The translations under genes and the position numbers were made by a program. A stretch of 63,728 nucleotides of DNA, counting the filler, from Stramenopiles sp. TOSAG23-3 (taxonomy: Eukaryota): assembly GCA_900128585.1 (NCBI GenBank). It is 8 parts of 8 records of this genome, joined end to end, with 100 filler letters (N's around TTAATTAATTAA, not from the genome) between each part and the next. Parts side by side here need not be neighbours in the genome. Positions count along the whole stretch, not along the records: positions 39,973 to 47,840 come from LT643092.1; positions 47,941 to 55,789 come from LT643094.1; positions 55,890 to 63,728 come from LT643095.1; 5 more parts are not named here. One strand, given 5' to 3'. The notes beneath the pieces were generated by a model, which saw only the letters and a list, made by a program, of their open reading frames with translations, ran no database searches and was not told the origin of the DNA. Of the stretch, positions 44,641-56,303 are shown piece after piece; position 1 is the first letter of the stretch, and every line of letters starts with the position of its first letter.

Positions 44641-45669
44641 TTTTGCTTAGTGGTGGTGCGTGAATACGTACTATACAATGGTCTTGATACGAGCAGGAAA
44701 ATTTTAATAGAAATGGTGCCGAGAAGACGTTCAATAATTAAAGGATGAATATTGGAAAATTTTATCCACACGATCAAGGTGGGAAAGGTTTGGCTGTTGT
44801 CAGTTTGGGGAAGAAGGAAATGTGCTCAAACGCCAGATTGAAAACACGAAATTGTCTCAAATTGAAGCAGCCATTGCTTCCAAAAAGCAGAAGACGGACC
44901 CGGATAATAATAATTCTAATTATAAAAGTACTACATTTCAACAAAGAAGTGAAGTTCTTCGTTCTTCGTTGGGTTAGATGGCTTATTTCGTCTTTTCTCT
45001 TCTTCAGCAGCAGCGCAGCAGCCAGAAAAACAAAAATAGTACTACTTATAAAGAACATATATGCTGTGTATATGTTATTAAATTTTCCTTTCTCGCTCTT
45101 TACTATTCTCTCGTGGCTCCTCGTATCGTAATGTATAATGTACATTACATACAATATCTTCTATCTTCTTCTCTTCAGAATTATTCTAATTTTGGTTTCA
45201 TTTTGTTTTTGGTTTCATTTTTTTCTCTTCTAAAATACTAAAAATAGAATTGATTGATGATAGAAGACTAGAATCATAATTAAAACTACCAGGTATAATT
45301 ATAATTAATTTATTAAATTAACAACCGTATTTTTTTCTTCTTCTTTCCGACTATTATTATTATACCACCTGCTAATTCATTCTATATTATTCACTCATAT
45401 TTATTTATTTTGGTGAAACGGATGAAGAAAACGATGCTCAAGAACAGAAAACAAATTAGCGGAGTTGATTGCTTCGATAAATAAGGAATATCATTTCACT
45501 TTTCAAGAAGACTATTTTGTTTCATCAAATAATCTATTATAGACTACATGATCAGTACTTTTTTGTAAATGTCTTCGTGATCAATATATTGATCCTTGCA
45601 GAAACATATGCGGACCTTAATGATAGAGATGGGAGATCATTTTTGTATTATTATTAGTGATTATATTTC

Positions 45670-45800
45670 TACCTCTTTTTTTTGTGATTGATTCCACCTG
45701 CTCTGTATATATATGTCATGAAATATGCTTTTTTTACCTCTTTTTTAAAAAATTAATTCCACCTGCTCTATGTATATATGTCATGAAATTTGCTTTTCTT
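45670..45800. repeat. Imperfect ~65-nt tandem duplication
   Basis: TTCCACCTGCTCT(G/A)T...ATATATGTCATGAAAT present twice. Confidence 0.75.
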
Positions 45801-45986
45801 TTTTTTTTTTAAATTAAAATCTTATTCACGGAAAAATCTCAGACTCATGGAAAATAATGATTCATTAAATAATGTTCAATCGGCAAAACCAATTATCATT
45901 TAAAAGACGGAAACAAAGCCTAACCAACCCTTTGCACTAACCCCCCCAACCTTTATTCTCATCTCAAACCAATTCATTAGCCAAAC

Positions 45987-46883
45987 ATGTGTTGCTGTGG
46001 AAACGAGCACGATGCCGACCCCCCGTACAAGACCTCCCGGTCGGCAGCTTGCTGCACATTGACAATTGAGATCATCTTGATGATAGTCAACGTTGTTTTA
46101 TGGATTGCAGTCGCTGTTGCAGGTATACTTGTGTGCGCGATTGCAGCAGCAACGGAGCCAGAAAAGAAAACGACTCGCCGCCTCGGGGAGATTTCCGTTA
46201 ACCGCCCCGCAACTGCGGATTTGACATCGCCAACGACGATGCACTTGATCGATTCCTATGCCCCCTACCTTGTTCCTGGCTTTGACAGCAAATTTACGAA
46301 CGGGGACTTTATCACCAGCATCCTTACAAAGGGTCAACACAGTGCGGGGCGTCGATTGGACGCCTGCGACGACGATGAGGATTGCTCGAAGCTGAAAAAA
46401 GCAGGGCAAACGGGGTGCAACGCAGCCTCGACTATTCTAAGTATGTTCTGGTTCAACAACTTGTTTGCCTTGCTTGGGGTCATATTTTACGCCATGGTAG
46501 CATGCAACTGCTGCAAGGGCTGCTGTGGTGGGTACCAGGACAAGAACAAGATGGTCATGATTTACAGCGTGATTGCCGCAATTTGGGGTCTCGTGCAAAC
46601 GATTTTGCATGCAAGTCTGAATGCGGCATTGACCGCCGTGAAGGAGGTGTGCGTAACTCAGGGACTTCACGCAAATGTTGTGACGATGATCGAGGGAATG
46701 GCAACTACTATCCTAATCTGCACATTGTTCCACGCGCTGTGCATGATTCTTCGTTTGGTAAGCGCATATTTTATGTTCAAAGCCCAAAAGGTCCCGCACA
46801 ATGGCGATGCGGGCGCGAATGGGGGCGTACCAGCCGCCGTTGTGCCAGCCCAGCAGGTCATTGTCGTGCAAGAAGCAAAGTAA
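45987..46883 (+). CDS. Cys-rich 4-TM membrane protein with RRL motifs in the first loop
   Basis: Hydrophobic helices, CC clusters, TTRRLGE and GRRLDAC. Confidence 0.75.
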   Translation: MCCCGNEHDADPPYKTSRSAACCTLTIEIILMIVNVVLWIAVAVAGILVCAIAAATEPEKKTTRRLGEISVNRPATADLTSPTTMHLIDSYAPYLVPGFDSKFTNGDFITSILTKGQHSAGRRLDACDDDEDCSKLKKAGQTGCNAASTILSMFWFNNLFALLGVIFYAMVACNCCKGCCGGYQDKNKMVMIYSVIAAIWGLVQTILHASLNAALTAVKEVCVTQGLHANVVTMIEGMATTILICTLFHALCMILRLVSAYFMFKAQKVPHNGDAGANGGVPAAVVPAQQVIVVQEAK

Positions 46884-47423
46884 AGCAGTGCAGCGGGAGA
46901 AACAGAAGGAAAAATGAAAAATAGAAGTGAAGCAGTGAAAGTGTTTTGCAGTTACCCTGCTGTATTGCGAGATTCGTTGGGGCTCGAGATAATTTAAATT
47001 GCAGGTTCATTGTGTGCCATTATAATTTTAATTGTCGATAAAACGATACAGTATTACTTTTTATGGTTAATTTAATGAAAATTCAGTTCTTTTTTATTTT
47101 TTCAGATTTTGTACTCCTGCACCGCTATATAAAAAATCCATCCCCCAACCCCGCCCATTTGAGATCCACGCTAGAGAAGTAAGACGTAACGTACGTTTAA
47201 TTTAAAACAAAAAATTGGATGTTACTCTCGGACGAGGAAGTTGATTATGGGTCATCTGGAAGCATTGCTAATCCATCTACCGATTCAGATCATGCATGGA
47301 GTACACCTGAGAATGTTAGTCAACACTAAGTGACAAGGGTATATCGGGTAGCAACAACTGAATTACTTTTTAATTAGTGATTACAAGAGTTCAAAAATTA
47401 ACTTTTGTCTCCCCATTTTTAAT

Positions 47424-47840
47424 TTATGATTCGTTGCCCCCGCCTTGCAACAAACGGCGGCGCCTGTGCAAGGCACCATCACCACCACCACCACCAGGGG
47501 TAGACACATCAAGAGCCTCTACTTTCTTCTCTGTGGGATTCTTATCTGGAGAAAACACGAGCGGGTAATCTTCACCGTTAACCTTTAGCTTATAAGCAAT
47601 AGCGTGCGAACCATCTTCCTTTTTAGAGCATTCAAGATTCAGTATTAAACCGCCTGTGATTCTCTGCTCGAAGGGTTCCGTCGTTGGATCGCATTTACAG
47701 ACGTCGATGGTTTTGCAAAGCTTCGTATCGCTTTGCAGCGAATGCTCGCAATTGACATGGTACTTCATCTTGCCTCCTGCACTGCTCAGAAATTCCGGGA
47801 CATTTGCAATAATTTTGTCGCCGTCAGATGTGTCATATCG
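47424..47840 (-). CDS. 5'-truncated Cys-containing protein ending RRRRLLQGGGNES
   Basis: Open frame from the linker to the stop at 47424. Confidence 0.65.
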   Translation of the reverse strand, partial: RYDTSDGDKIIANVPEFLSSAGGKMKYHVNCEHSLQSDTKLCKTIDVCKCDPTTEPFEQRITGGLILNLECSKKEDGSHAIAYKLKVNGEDYPLVFSPDKNPTEKKVEALDVSTPGGGGGDGALHRRRRLLQGGGNES

Positions 47841-48228
47841 NNNNNNNNNNNNNNNNNNNNNNNNNNNNNNNNNNNNNNNNNNNNTTAATTAATTAANNNN
47901 NNNNNNNNNNNNNNNNNNNNNNNNNNNNNNNNNNNNNNNNGGCATAAATGTTTTTGAAGGGCTCGTTGTCTGTTGTACTGCTCTATGAAATAATGATCGG
48001 TATTGAGTTTGATCGTTTCATGTTCGTCTATCATTAATAAAATTAGCAGGCAATCATATTTTGAAAAAACTATTAGCCTATTTTCTTGTTTTAAAAACTA
48101 ATTGTCTTCGCGTGTACTGATGACCACGAATGTAATTCTGCCAACCCTACACGCGATTACGTGCGCCTCCGTGTAAAATACCTCTTTCTTTTTTTAAAAC
48201 AAGAAAATTGGCTGTTATTTTATATAAA

Positions 48229-49092
48229 TCAAATCATATCGCCCCCGGAATCGTCATGAATGCTCAATTCTACATCTTTCGACTGGGCTGCGCCTGTCGC
48301 AACGAGCGATGCGTTGGCCTCTTCCATGGCGACGCTCTTCCTTTTGTACGCCATCGCAGTGGTCCAAAACCGCAACGTCCAGTACGCCTTCCCTTCGATT
48401 ACATTCTTTACCAACGTCCTCAGGCCGTACAGGGCGAGGCCGATGCTGATGACGATGGCCACGGTGGCGTCGAACCACCAAGCGTTGTCGTCGGACATGA
48501 ACAGCGCCGCACCAACCAGCACGCCCAGGCTAAGCAAGGCCCCCGACAGGCTGCACACGGCGTCCTTCTTCATCGCCGGAGACTTTGTTTTGATCGCAAT
48601 GTGCCACTTCAACCCCCCCACGAAGGTAAACACAAGAAAACTAGGAACGGACAAAGCAAAGAGCTGGTGGATGTCCTTCGGTGCGTGGAATTCGGCCAGG
48701 TGCTCCACTGCGACGCTAAAAACGCACACTGCAAGAACAACCATCATAAATGCGATACCAATCGATGCCCTCTTTTCACGCTTCTCCAGCTCATTCTCCG
48801 ACAGCGAGTTTCCGCCCCCCCAGAACCGCCAAACGACGACCAAGGACGAGACGAGGTCGACCGCGTTCTCCAGCGCGTAGCCAAGGGTCGCGGACGAGTG
48901 GGAGCTGGCACTAATGACCATCCCTGCAATAAACGCCATCAGCGTTATAGCAGCGCTCAAAATGGATATTTCGAACGCCTCCCGAGGGCCGGGGGTGTAA
49001 ATGAAACGCCGGTAGTGACGGTTGTCTTCACAGCTAAACAACTTCTTCAAGGCATCGTTCAGAGTATGACACGCGCCGCGATTCCCCGACAT
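48229..49092 (-). CDS. TMEM163-like cation (Zn) efflux protein
   Basis: GYALENAVDLVSSLVVVWRF, REKRAS, MKKDAVCSL, WWFDATVAI. Confidence 0.85.
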   Translation of the reverse strand: MSGNRGACHTLNDALKKLFSCEDNRHYRRFIYTPGPREAFEISILSAAITLMAFIAGMVISASSHSSATLGYALENAVDLVSSLVVVWRFWGGGNSLSENELEKREKRASIGIAFMMVVLAVCVFSVAVEHLAEFHAPKDIHQLFALSVPSFLVFTFVGGLKWHIAIKTKSPAMKKDAVCSLSGALLSLGVLVGAALFMSDDNAWWFDATVAIVISIGLALYGLRTLVKNVIEGKAYWTLRFWTTAMAYKRKSVAMEEANASLVATGAAQSKDVELSIHDDSGGDMI

Positions 49093-49759
49093 TTGCTATC
49101 TACCTATACTCTTCGGCTGTTATTATGTATATGTGTAATGTGTACACGAAACAATATCTGTTCACAACAATGCAATGTTTTCCCGATAGAGCAAACCGTT
49201 GCATAACTTATGTTTTCTATCATCGGTCGATTCACCAACCAATAATAACATAACCCAAATCTTTTTCAATTCAAATACGCAATAATATATACCGCCGCCG
49301 CCGCCAGCCACAGCCGTCCGCGTCGTCGTCGCCTTTTTTTCTTCTCTTCTTCTCCTCTCGTGCGTCATTAAGTACGGATACGTTGTAATATAATATCTTG
49401 ATTTCCCTATCATTTATATCTTAAACTATTATTTTATTTTTTTATTTTATTTTTTTGAATTTTGAATTTTGATGAAAAACTTATTTTTTGTGTGTTTTGT
49501 TGAATTTTATTGGAGAAGAACGGGAAACAACAAAGTCATAAAAGGAAAGAAAGAAAGGACTGAATTGTCTCATTTAATTGGTTTTTAATGATTTTTTTGA
49601 TTTGGTCCGTTTGAAATTGCGCAGACCATTCCGTCTCTGTCTCTTTCTTTCGCCCACACCCACACTCATTCTCTCTTACCCCCTCCCCCGGTTTGTATCC
49701 GTTTGTATAATCCTTGGAACTTACAAATAGAATATTGTACAAATACATACATAGAAAGG

Positions 49760-51133
49760 ATGAGTTTTCATGATACGTTTGTGGCGAAGCGGGGGCCAAA
49801 GACGACTGTGGATCGTATGGTAATGTTTGACAACGGGCTGGTGCTCGTCTCCCAGTTTAACGATGGTAGCAACAAGCACATGGGGCAGTCCCAGAGCCTG
49901 CTTTTAGAACCGCACGGGGCGACGTTTACGTACATTGCAAAGAATAGGACGCACAGCCGGCACCTGTCCAAATTTGCGCCATCGGTAACGCACACCCTGC
50001 TCCGTGCTGCGATACTATTTCGCAACACGCACGCTACCGAACCGTTTTTCTGCCCCGAGACATTCACACTATTGTCTATACTACACCCCGACCCACGGAC
50101 CCGCCGGGCGAGCCCCGTCCGAATAGACCGCGCCCACTGGCCCGTGGAAATAACAAAACAATACTGCCACCTGGACGACGACGACGCCGTCCACGTTGGG
50201 TCCGTAGGGAGCCACACCTCGTTGTCCCTGTCGCCCCACCAGAGAGTGGTCCGCGTCACGTTCCCAGTCTCGCTCCCGGTGCTGAAGACCGAGACGGAGC
50301 AACGTTATTTTCACATAGAAGTTAGTCAAATTTTTCCCGTTCAAAATTGCCCAGAAACATTCGCCCACCCCTTGAAGCTTGCAATGAGCACAGTCCAATG
50401 CTTGGAAAAGGGCGCCGTGGGTACGAAGGCGGAGGGGTACCTCGATACTCCGCTGCCCCGGACAAAGCTGACCGCTGGGGACGAACTTGTGCAGTGGACA
50501 GTGAACGCCCACGAGATTTGCAACGTGTTCGGGGCCACATGGAAGGAGCATGTCATTGAACTCTCCACGGACACCAAGCCATTGCTGGCGGTGCCGACGG
50601 CACGGCCGGTCGTGGTCGAGTGGACCCCGGAGTACACCCTTTGGCCGGGCGCTTCCGCTGCAGAAAAGGGGGCGAAAGCGTGCTACTGCTCCGTGGGAGT
50701 TGTGATGCACGGCGACGATACATACTTGCACGTTACGGGGGAAAAGAGTGAGGACGGGCCGGGCAGCGGGTACGTTCATGCGTACCGTATCGATGGGAAG
50801 GGGGAGTACCAGACGTACACCTGCGCTGCTGCCCCAGTTGAGTACGCTTCCGTTTTGCGGTACGTCGATCACCTGCGGCGAAGTCAAGCGGCGCTGGAAA
50901 AGATGCGCGTGGAACCGTTTACCGAGCCAGAAGGCACGGCGAATGGCCGGGCCCCAATTTCACCAATAGAAAGGTATTACAACGCCCAAGATATAAAACG
51001 GAACGTGCTCCAGGCCGGCATCGCACGGTACAACGATGGGAAGCAGAGCATGGACGCGATCATGCAGCAGACGCGACGTTATTTGGAGAGGCAGAACTTG
51101 CACGAAGAAACGGGCGAGGGCCCCGTGGGCTGA
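49760..51133 (+). CDS. C5orf34-like protein
   Basis: RMVMFDNGLV...LLLEPHGATF...LRAAILFRN...PF resembles the C5orf34 N-terminal domain (from recall). Confidence 0.6.
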   Translation: MSFHDTFVAKRGPKTTVDRMVMFDNGLVLVSQFNDGSNKHMGQSQSLLLEPHGATFTYIAKNRTHSRHLSKFAPSVTHTLLRAAILFRNTHATEPFFCPETFTLLSILHPDPRTRRASPVRIDRAHWPVEITKQYCHLDDDDAVHVGSVGSHTSLSLSPHQRVVRVTFPVSLPVLKTETEQRYFHIEVSQIFPVQNCPETFAHPLKLAMSTVQCLEKGAVGTKAEGYLDTPLPRTKLTAGDELVQWTVNAHEICNVFGATWKEHVIELSTDTKPLLAVPTARPVVVEWTPEYTLWPGASAAEKGAKACYCSVGVVMHGDDTYLHVTGEKSEDGPGSGYVHAYRIDGKGEYQTYTCAAAPVEYASVLRYVDHLRRSQAALEKMRVEPFTEPEGTANGRAPISPIERYYNAQDIKRNVLQAGIARYNDGKQSMDAIMQQTRRYLERQNLHEETGEGPVG

Positions 51134-51248
51134 ATGTTACTCGTTTTACGTTTAGTACTAATTGTTTTATTTTTTAAATGCAGCAGTCTGGATAATTGAC
51201 GTTCTTTTACTTTCTACACTCTCCAATTATTTCTCCCAATTTTCTCTT

Positions 51249-52466
51249 TCAAAGCTTTGCTTTTAAAACCACGGAGGACGACCCCCCTGCACTCTTCTTT
51301 CGTCGCTCAAGGTCAATCTTGAGAACTCCGGCCACGCGCTGGACGATATATGATACAGCATCTTGTCTGTCCTGGGAAGTGGGGTTGTTGAAAAATCCGT
51401 GTGATGCATTGTCCCACTGCCGGTACTCCACAATCTGGCCCGCGTTCTCCAAAGCCCGGAAGAACGACACCCCTTCGTCTCGCAATATGTCCTGCCCCGC
51501 AACGATGCCAACAGTGGGCGGAAGGCCTGGTTGGTCCAACCCGGCGGTCTCGCAGCACACGTAGGGTAGCTTGGAGAACGCCTCGTCCGTCATGTCGACT
51601 GGTTTGTACATGAGTTCAAACTGTCGCATCATGGACTGTGACAACAGGGTGGCGTAGGTAAAGTAAGGGTGGGTCCTGCTCGTCGTCAGGGGCCGCTTGA
51701 AAAAGCAAGGGTACACCGGCACTTGAAGCTTGATCTTGACCCCCTTCGGGCGTCGGTCCCGGTACATCAACGACAGCGCCGCGGTCAGGTTTCCACCGGC
51801 ACTGTCGCCGCAGACAACAATGCGCTCTCTATCAATAGACGAGGGAACATGTTCTAGCGAGTCGTTGCTCCCTAGCCACGCCAACGCTGCGTAGCAGTCC
51901 TCGGTCGGGTAAGGATACGGGTGCTCTGGGGCCATACGATAATTCAACGACAACACAGAGCAACCAAGGCGGCGACTGAATTCCTGACAGAGCCTGTCGT
52001 AAGCCAACCACCTTGCGTCTAAAATGGTCCACCCACCGCCGTGTATATAAATCATCAGTGGGATGGATTTGTCCCCCACCGAGCTCGTTAATTCCTCCGG
52101 GACATAGAGCCTTCCTGTATTCGTCACGCTTTTCGTGCAACTTGGGATTTTCACGTCTTTAGACATGCAGCCTCGGCAGTACTTTGCATCGGTCACGAAT
52201 TTCGGAAAGCTTTGCTTCGCTGAAGTCGCTTTCACGAACCGATTGTGCCACCCACGGTTCACTTGGCGAGTCTGTTCGTCCCACGGCAGCCCAACCGCTA
52301 TTGTGGTTAATTTACTGACACTGTACCCTGTAAAAATGGACAAATAGTGCAATGGAGAGAACGGGGAGGACCGAAGCCAATGCAACCAACTTTTCTCTCT
52401 ATTCGCGACAAAGTCCACCACCGACTTTTCAACCTCACCAGAACCCCGGTCCCCAAACTCTTCCAT
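51249..52466 (-). CDS. Hormone-sensitive-lipase family alpha/beta hydrolase (esterase)
   Basis: YIHGGGW, YRMAPEHPYP, GDSAGGNL, DILRDEG, HGFF. Confidence 0.93.
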   Translation of the reverse strand: MEEFGDRGSGEVEKSVVDFVANREKSWLHWLRSSPFSPLHYLSIFTGYSVSKLTTIAVGLPWDEQTRQVNRGWHNRFVKATSAKQSFPKFVTDAKYCRGCMSKDVKIPSCTKSVTNTGRLYVPEELTSSVGDKSIPLMIYIHGGGWTILDARWLAYDRLCQEFSRRLGCSVLSLNYRMAPEHPYPYPTEDCYAALAWLGSNDSLEHVPSSIDRERIVVCGDSAGGNLTAALSLMYRDRRPKGVKIKLQVPVYPCFFKRPLTTSRTHPYFTYATLLSQSMMRQFELMYKPVDMTDEAFSKLPYVCCETAGLDQPGLPPTVGIVAGQDILRDEGVSFFRALENAGQIVEYRQWDNASHGFFNNPTSQDRQDAVSYIVQRVAGVLKIDLERRKKSAGGSSSVVLKAKL

Positions 52467-53676
52467 GCAAGTAGTAAAACGAAGAAAACAAAAACCTTCC
52501 AGAAAATTTATTCACGCACACACACAACATATAAGCATATAAAAACCAAACCAAACAAGATTTAAAAAAAGAAAACAACAAGAACAATATAAAGAAACAC
52601 ATCACTTCTTATAATAAAACATAGTATAGATATACATATATGACTCATAGTTGAACTTTCATCACATTTTATCGCTCACCCCCTCCTCCCTTCTCACCAC
52701 CACTACCACTACTGCCGCTCACACCGCTCACCGCTCACGCGAAAAAAGAAGAAAGAAAGAAAGAAGAAGAAAGAAAGAAGAAGGAGAAGAAAAAGAAAAA
52801 AGAAGAAGGAGAAAAAAAAGAAAAAAAGAAGAAAGAAAGAAGAAGAAAGAGAAGAAGAAAGAGAAGAAGAAAGAGAAGAAAAAGAAAGAAAGAGAAGAAG
52901 TGGAAAAAAGAATTACAGAGTTACAGAGTTACAGCATAGGTTATCTAACAGTATATAATAACAAGTAATATAGGGAATAGGGAAATAGGAAGAAAGAAGA
53001 AAGAGTAAGAAGAAAGAAGAAAGAGTAAGAAGAAAGAAGAAAGAAGAAAGAAGAAAGAAGAGAAAGAAGAAAGAAGTAAGAAGAAAGAAGAAAGAAGAAG
53101 AAGAAGAAAGAAGAAGAAGAAGATTCAGATGGATATAGTCTTATTATTATAATTATATTGATATTAAATAGGGTATTATGTATTCTATTCTATTCTATTT
53201 TCTATCTCTTTAATCATCATTCATCATCGTTATTTTTTTTGAATTTTTTTATTGAAAACTATATGTATAATATATGTATACAGCATACAGCAGTGTTGTA
53301 ATATAATAATAAATAATAAAAGTGATTTGTTGTGATTTGTTATTATGTTAAATGTTTAATTAATAGTGTCTCTGAGAGAAGGAAGGAAGGAAGAAGGAAG
53401 GAAGGAAAGAGGGTTGGATGGGAGCCCCGATGATGATTTTCAACAATAAAAAAATAATAATATAATTTAATTAAAAAAAAAGTATAAAGCAATAATATAT
53501 ATTTTTAATATTTATTTGTTTTGGAAAGGGTAGCTGTTGAACTAACTGGGCAAGAAAGAATTATATGCATTTGTGTCGATTTAGTAATTATAGATACATT
53601 TCCTTCACATCATTGCGTTTGTATTTCAAAAAGAGTTAACAAGACGAAGACTACAGACTAACGACAGAGAGAGAAG

Positions 53677-54030
53677 ATGGCCGACGAACAAGCAGCGGGT
53701 GGCCCCCAGAATAGTCAAGATTTAACAGTAAGTAAGACCACCTTTCCGTACCCTATCCATGCCGTACACGCCCAAAGACTAACCAAAGTCACGTTTCTTT
53801 TCGGTTTCTTTTTCTTTCTTCTCTTGTAGGTATTTGTCCAATCGCTATTGCAACAGATGCAAGGACGCTTTCAACAAATGAGCGAGGCTATCATAGGGAG
53901 GATCGATGAAATGGGTGGTCGTATTGACGAGTTGGAGGCCTCGATCGGAGAACTAATGGCACAAGCAGGCGTGGAAGAAGAAGGCGATGGAGAGAAAAAG
54001 AAGGACGACGAAGCAACGGCGGAGTCTTAG
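53677..54030 (+). CDS. HSBP1: Heat shock factor binding protein 1; GT-AG intron 53728-53829
   Basis: Spliced product reads [53 protein letters not shown] donor, GACTAAC branch, pyrimidine tract. Confidence 0.92.
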
Positions 54031-54282
54031 AGAACCATGGCAAGGTTTGCCGCTCGAGGACGCCATAATGCACGCGGGGGGCGCACGCATTCGTAGCCCA
54101 GAGAGCTGAGCGTATGGAAGAGGCAATAATGCTTCGTTCGGTTTCGTTAGATAGTGTGTGCACAAGCACGTACGAGAGTATAGACGAACTTTTTTTTAAA
54201 AAACACTGCATTTTTAAACTTGTTTTTTACGACTGTGATGGTTGAAATGTACATTGCACGGACTCCAGCAGACCAGGCGCAT

Positions 54283-55789
54283 TCACTTTCCCGCCCCGCC
54301 GCCGCCCGTAACGTTCCTAGATGCCCGAAAACGTTTGACCCACTCCTTCATATCATCTATGGGGAGCGTAGCAGGGCTAGTGTTATCGCCTTCTTGTTCT
54401 CCACGCTTCTCAGACTTCAGCGTACAAAACTCTACGAAGTCGTTCAAAATCTTAATTCTATCGTTCTCCGCCTTCATGGCTATAACAATGCGCTGCATAC
54501 GGGAAGGTTTGCTTCTCTCACCGGGGGACGACGTCGCTGCCGCCGGACCTTCTTTTGTGGCACTCGCCGTTTTCTCATTCGTGGCGATCCCGTCACTGCT
54601 GGCTTCCGTTCCTTCCGTTCCAACTTCCTCGTCCTCTTCGTCCTCCTTAACAATGCTGAGACGGGGCGTGCTTGTATCGCGCGGTACATCATTAACACCC
54701 GCCCCTTCGTCCTCAACGCGCTCTTGCGATTTGACCATGAATTCCCCCTCCTTAGTTTTGGTCAGTTTCTTTGACGAGTAATTTGAAACCTGGGGAATGG
54801 ATCCCTCGTGCCATAATGTGTATTTGAGTTCCCATTTCGAGCCATCGTCGTCATGGGGCTGCTGTAATTTCTGAATAGCCCCAGGCGAATCCGCAATGCG
54901 GTAGAATTCAAATCCATCCACAAGCGTGCCCGTGAATGAGCAGGACAAGCGCAACGTCCCAAGGGACGCTTCATTGGCGTCTCTTCCAACGAGTTCAACA
55001 CTGTACACGTGGCCCGGGTCGTTTCGGTTCAGCTCAGACACTGGCAAAACGAACTGGCCAAGAAACTGATCGTCTCCAAAAAAGTTTCGTTCCCACACAC
55101 GCCCGAGCAAAAACGATACTCGCTCGGACGGGGGCGCGCCGACTTCGGACGGCGACCGCCCAAGCTTGTGTTTTGGAACGGGGAAGTATAGGTTCACGTT
55201 CCACTCGCATGTGGAAGAGACTGCCGTAAAGTTGCGATTGAAGTTGGAATCCGATTTGCTCAGACGCGAGAAGACGGTCCTTGTGGGCGCTTGCCCGCCA
55301 ACCGTATCGACTACGTAGTTGTCCATGTGCATGACGCAGTACACGCGGTGGTAATTCCCCAACGTGAAGTGCCGGCTGCAAGATAAGTTCTCCGCGGACA
55401 ACAGAACAATTTGCATAGTGATGATGGAGGGGTCCGACTCTTCCTCGGGGGTCTCATCGATCATGTCTAACATCGATCTGCGCTTCGATTTTTTCTTGTA
55501 GGCCAGGACACTCCCTGTCCGTCCTGACCGCCCCGTTCTCCCTTCAATGCTGAGTTTCTTTTTGACGGAATTAATCCAGAACGTTATCTTCTCTACGGCA
55601 GTAGCATCGGGCAAAGATAGAAGGAACTCCTTTGTCCCCGTTTGCGTCTTTCCTTTCTCCAGCCAGTGCCCCGTCGCGTATACCCGGACAAGGAATTTTC
55701 GCCCATCCAGCGGGACCTTCAACGCTTCTGGCTGCAATCGCTCGACAGTGACGTTCCGTATTGGACAACTCTGAATCACACTTCCGCTC
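54283..55789 (-). CDS. 5'-truncated C2-domain protein (preceded by a PH-like tail)
   Basis: IVLLSAENL, CEWN, RVWERNFFGDDQFLGQFVLPVSEL. Confidence 0.75.
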
Positions 55790-56303
55790 NNNNNNNNNNN
55801 NNNNNNNNNNNNNNNNNNNNNNNNNNNNNNNNNTTAATTAATTAANNNNNNNNNNNNNNNNNNNNNNNNNNNNNNNNNNNNNNNNNNNNAGAAGAAGAAG
55901 AAGAAGAAGAAGAAGAAGAAGAAGAAGAAGAAGAAGAAGAAGAAGAAGAAGAAGAAAGAAAGAAAGAAGAAAGAAGAAGAAGAAGAAAGAAGAAGAAAGA
56001 AGAAGAAGAAAGAAGAGAAGAAGAGAAGAAGAGTCATATTTTTTATTTATGTGTAGTATTATTATACCACACCAAAGTGGAACAAATAAAGGATGATGAG
56101 GGCTTCTTGTGTTGCCAACTGGCCGAAACTGTGGTTGAAGCCTTTGGGCCGTGCAGTGATCGAACCAAAATATATATTAACATGGAGGTAGAAGACACGC
56201 AAGTTAGTGACCTGATACTAGCCGAAGAGTAGAAACCAGACTGTTTGTTAGTGACAACGTCGCTGAACGCCGTATATCATAACTGGTTGGAACAGGTTTA
56301 GCA

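Noticed and set aside
47219-47329. 36-aa plus-strand ORF, or a possible extra minus-strand exon
   Set aside because: No motif and no consistent splice model
52651-52968. K/E/R-rich or F/S/L-rich ORFs (also 22503-22823, 23962-24234, 39917-40186, 55834-56037)
   Set aside because: Translations of GAA/GAAA low-complexity tracts
7919-55889. Regularly spaced N-TTAATTAATTAA-N units, about every 8 kb, as a biological repeat
   Set aside because: Artificial six-frame-stop linkers between length-sorted contigs
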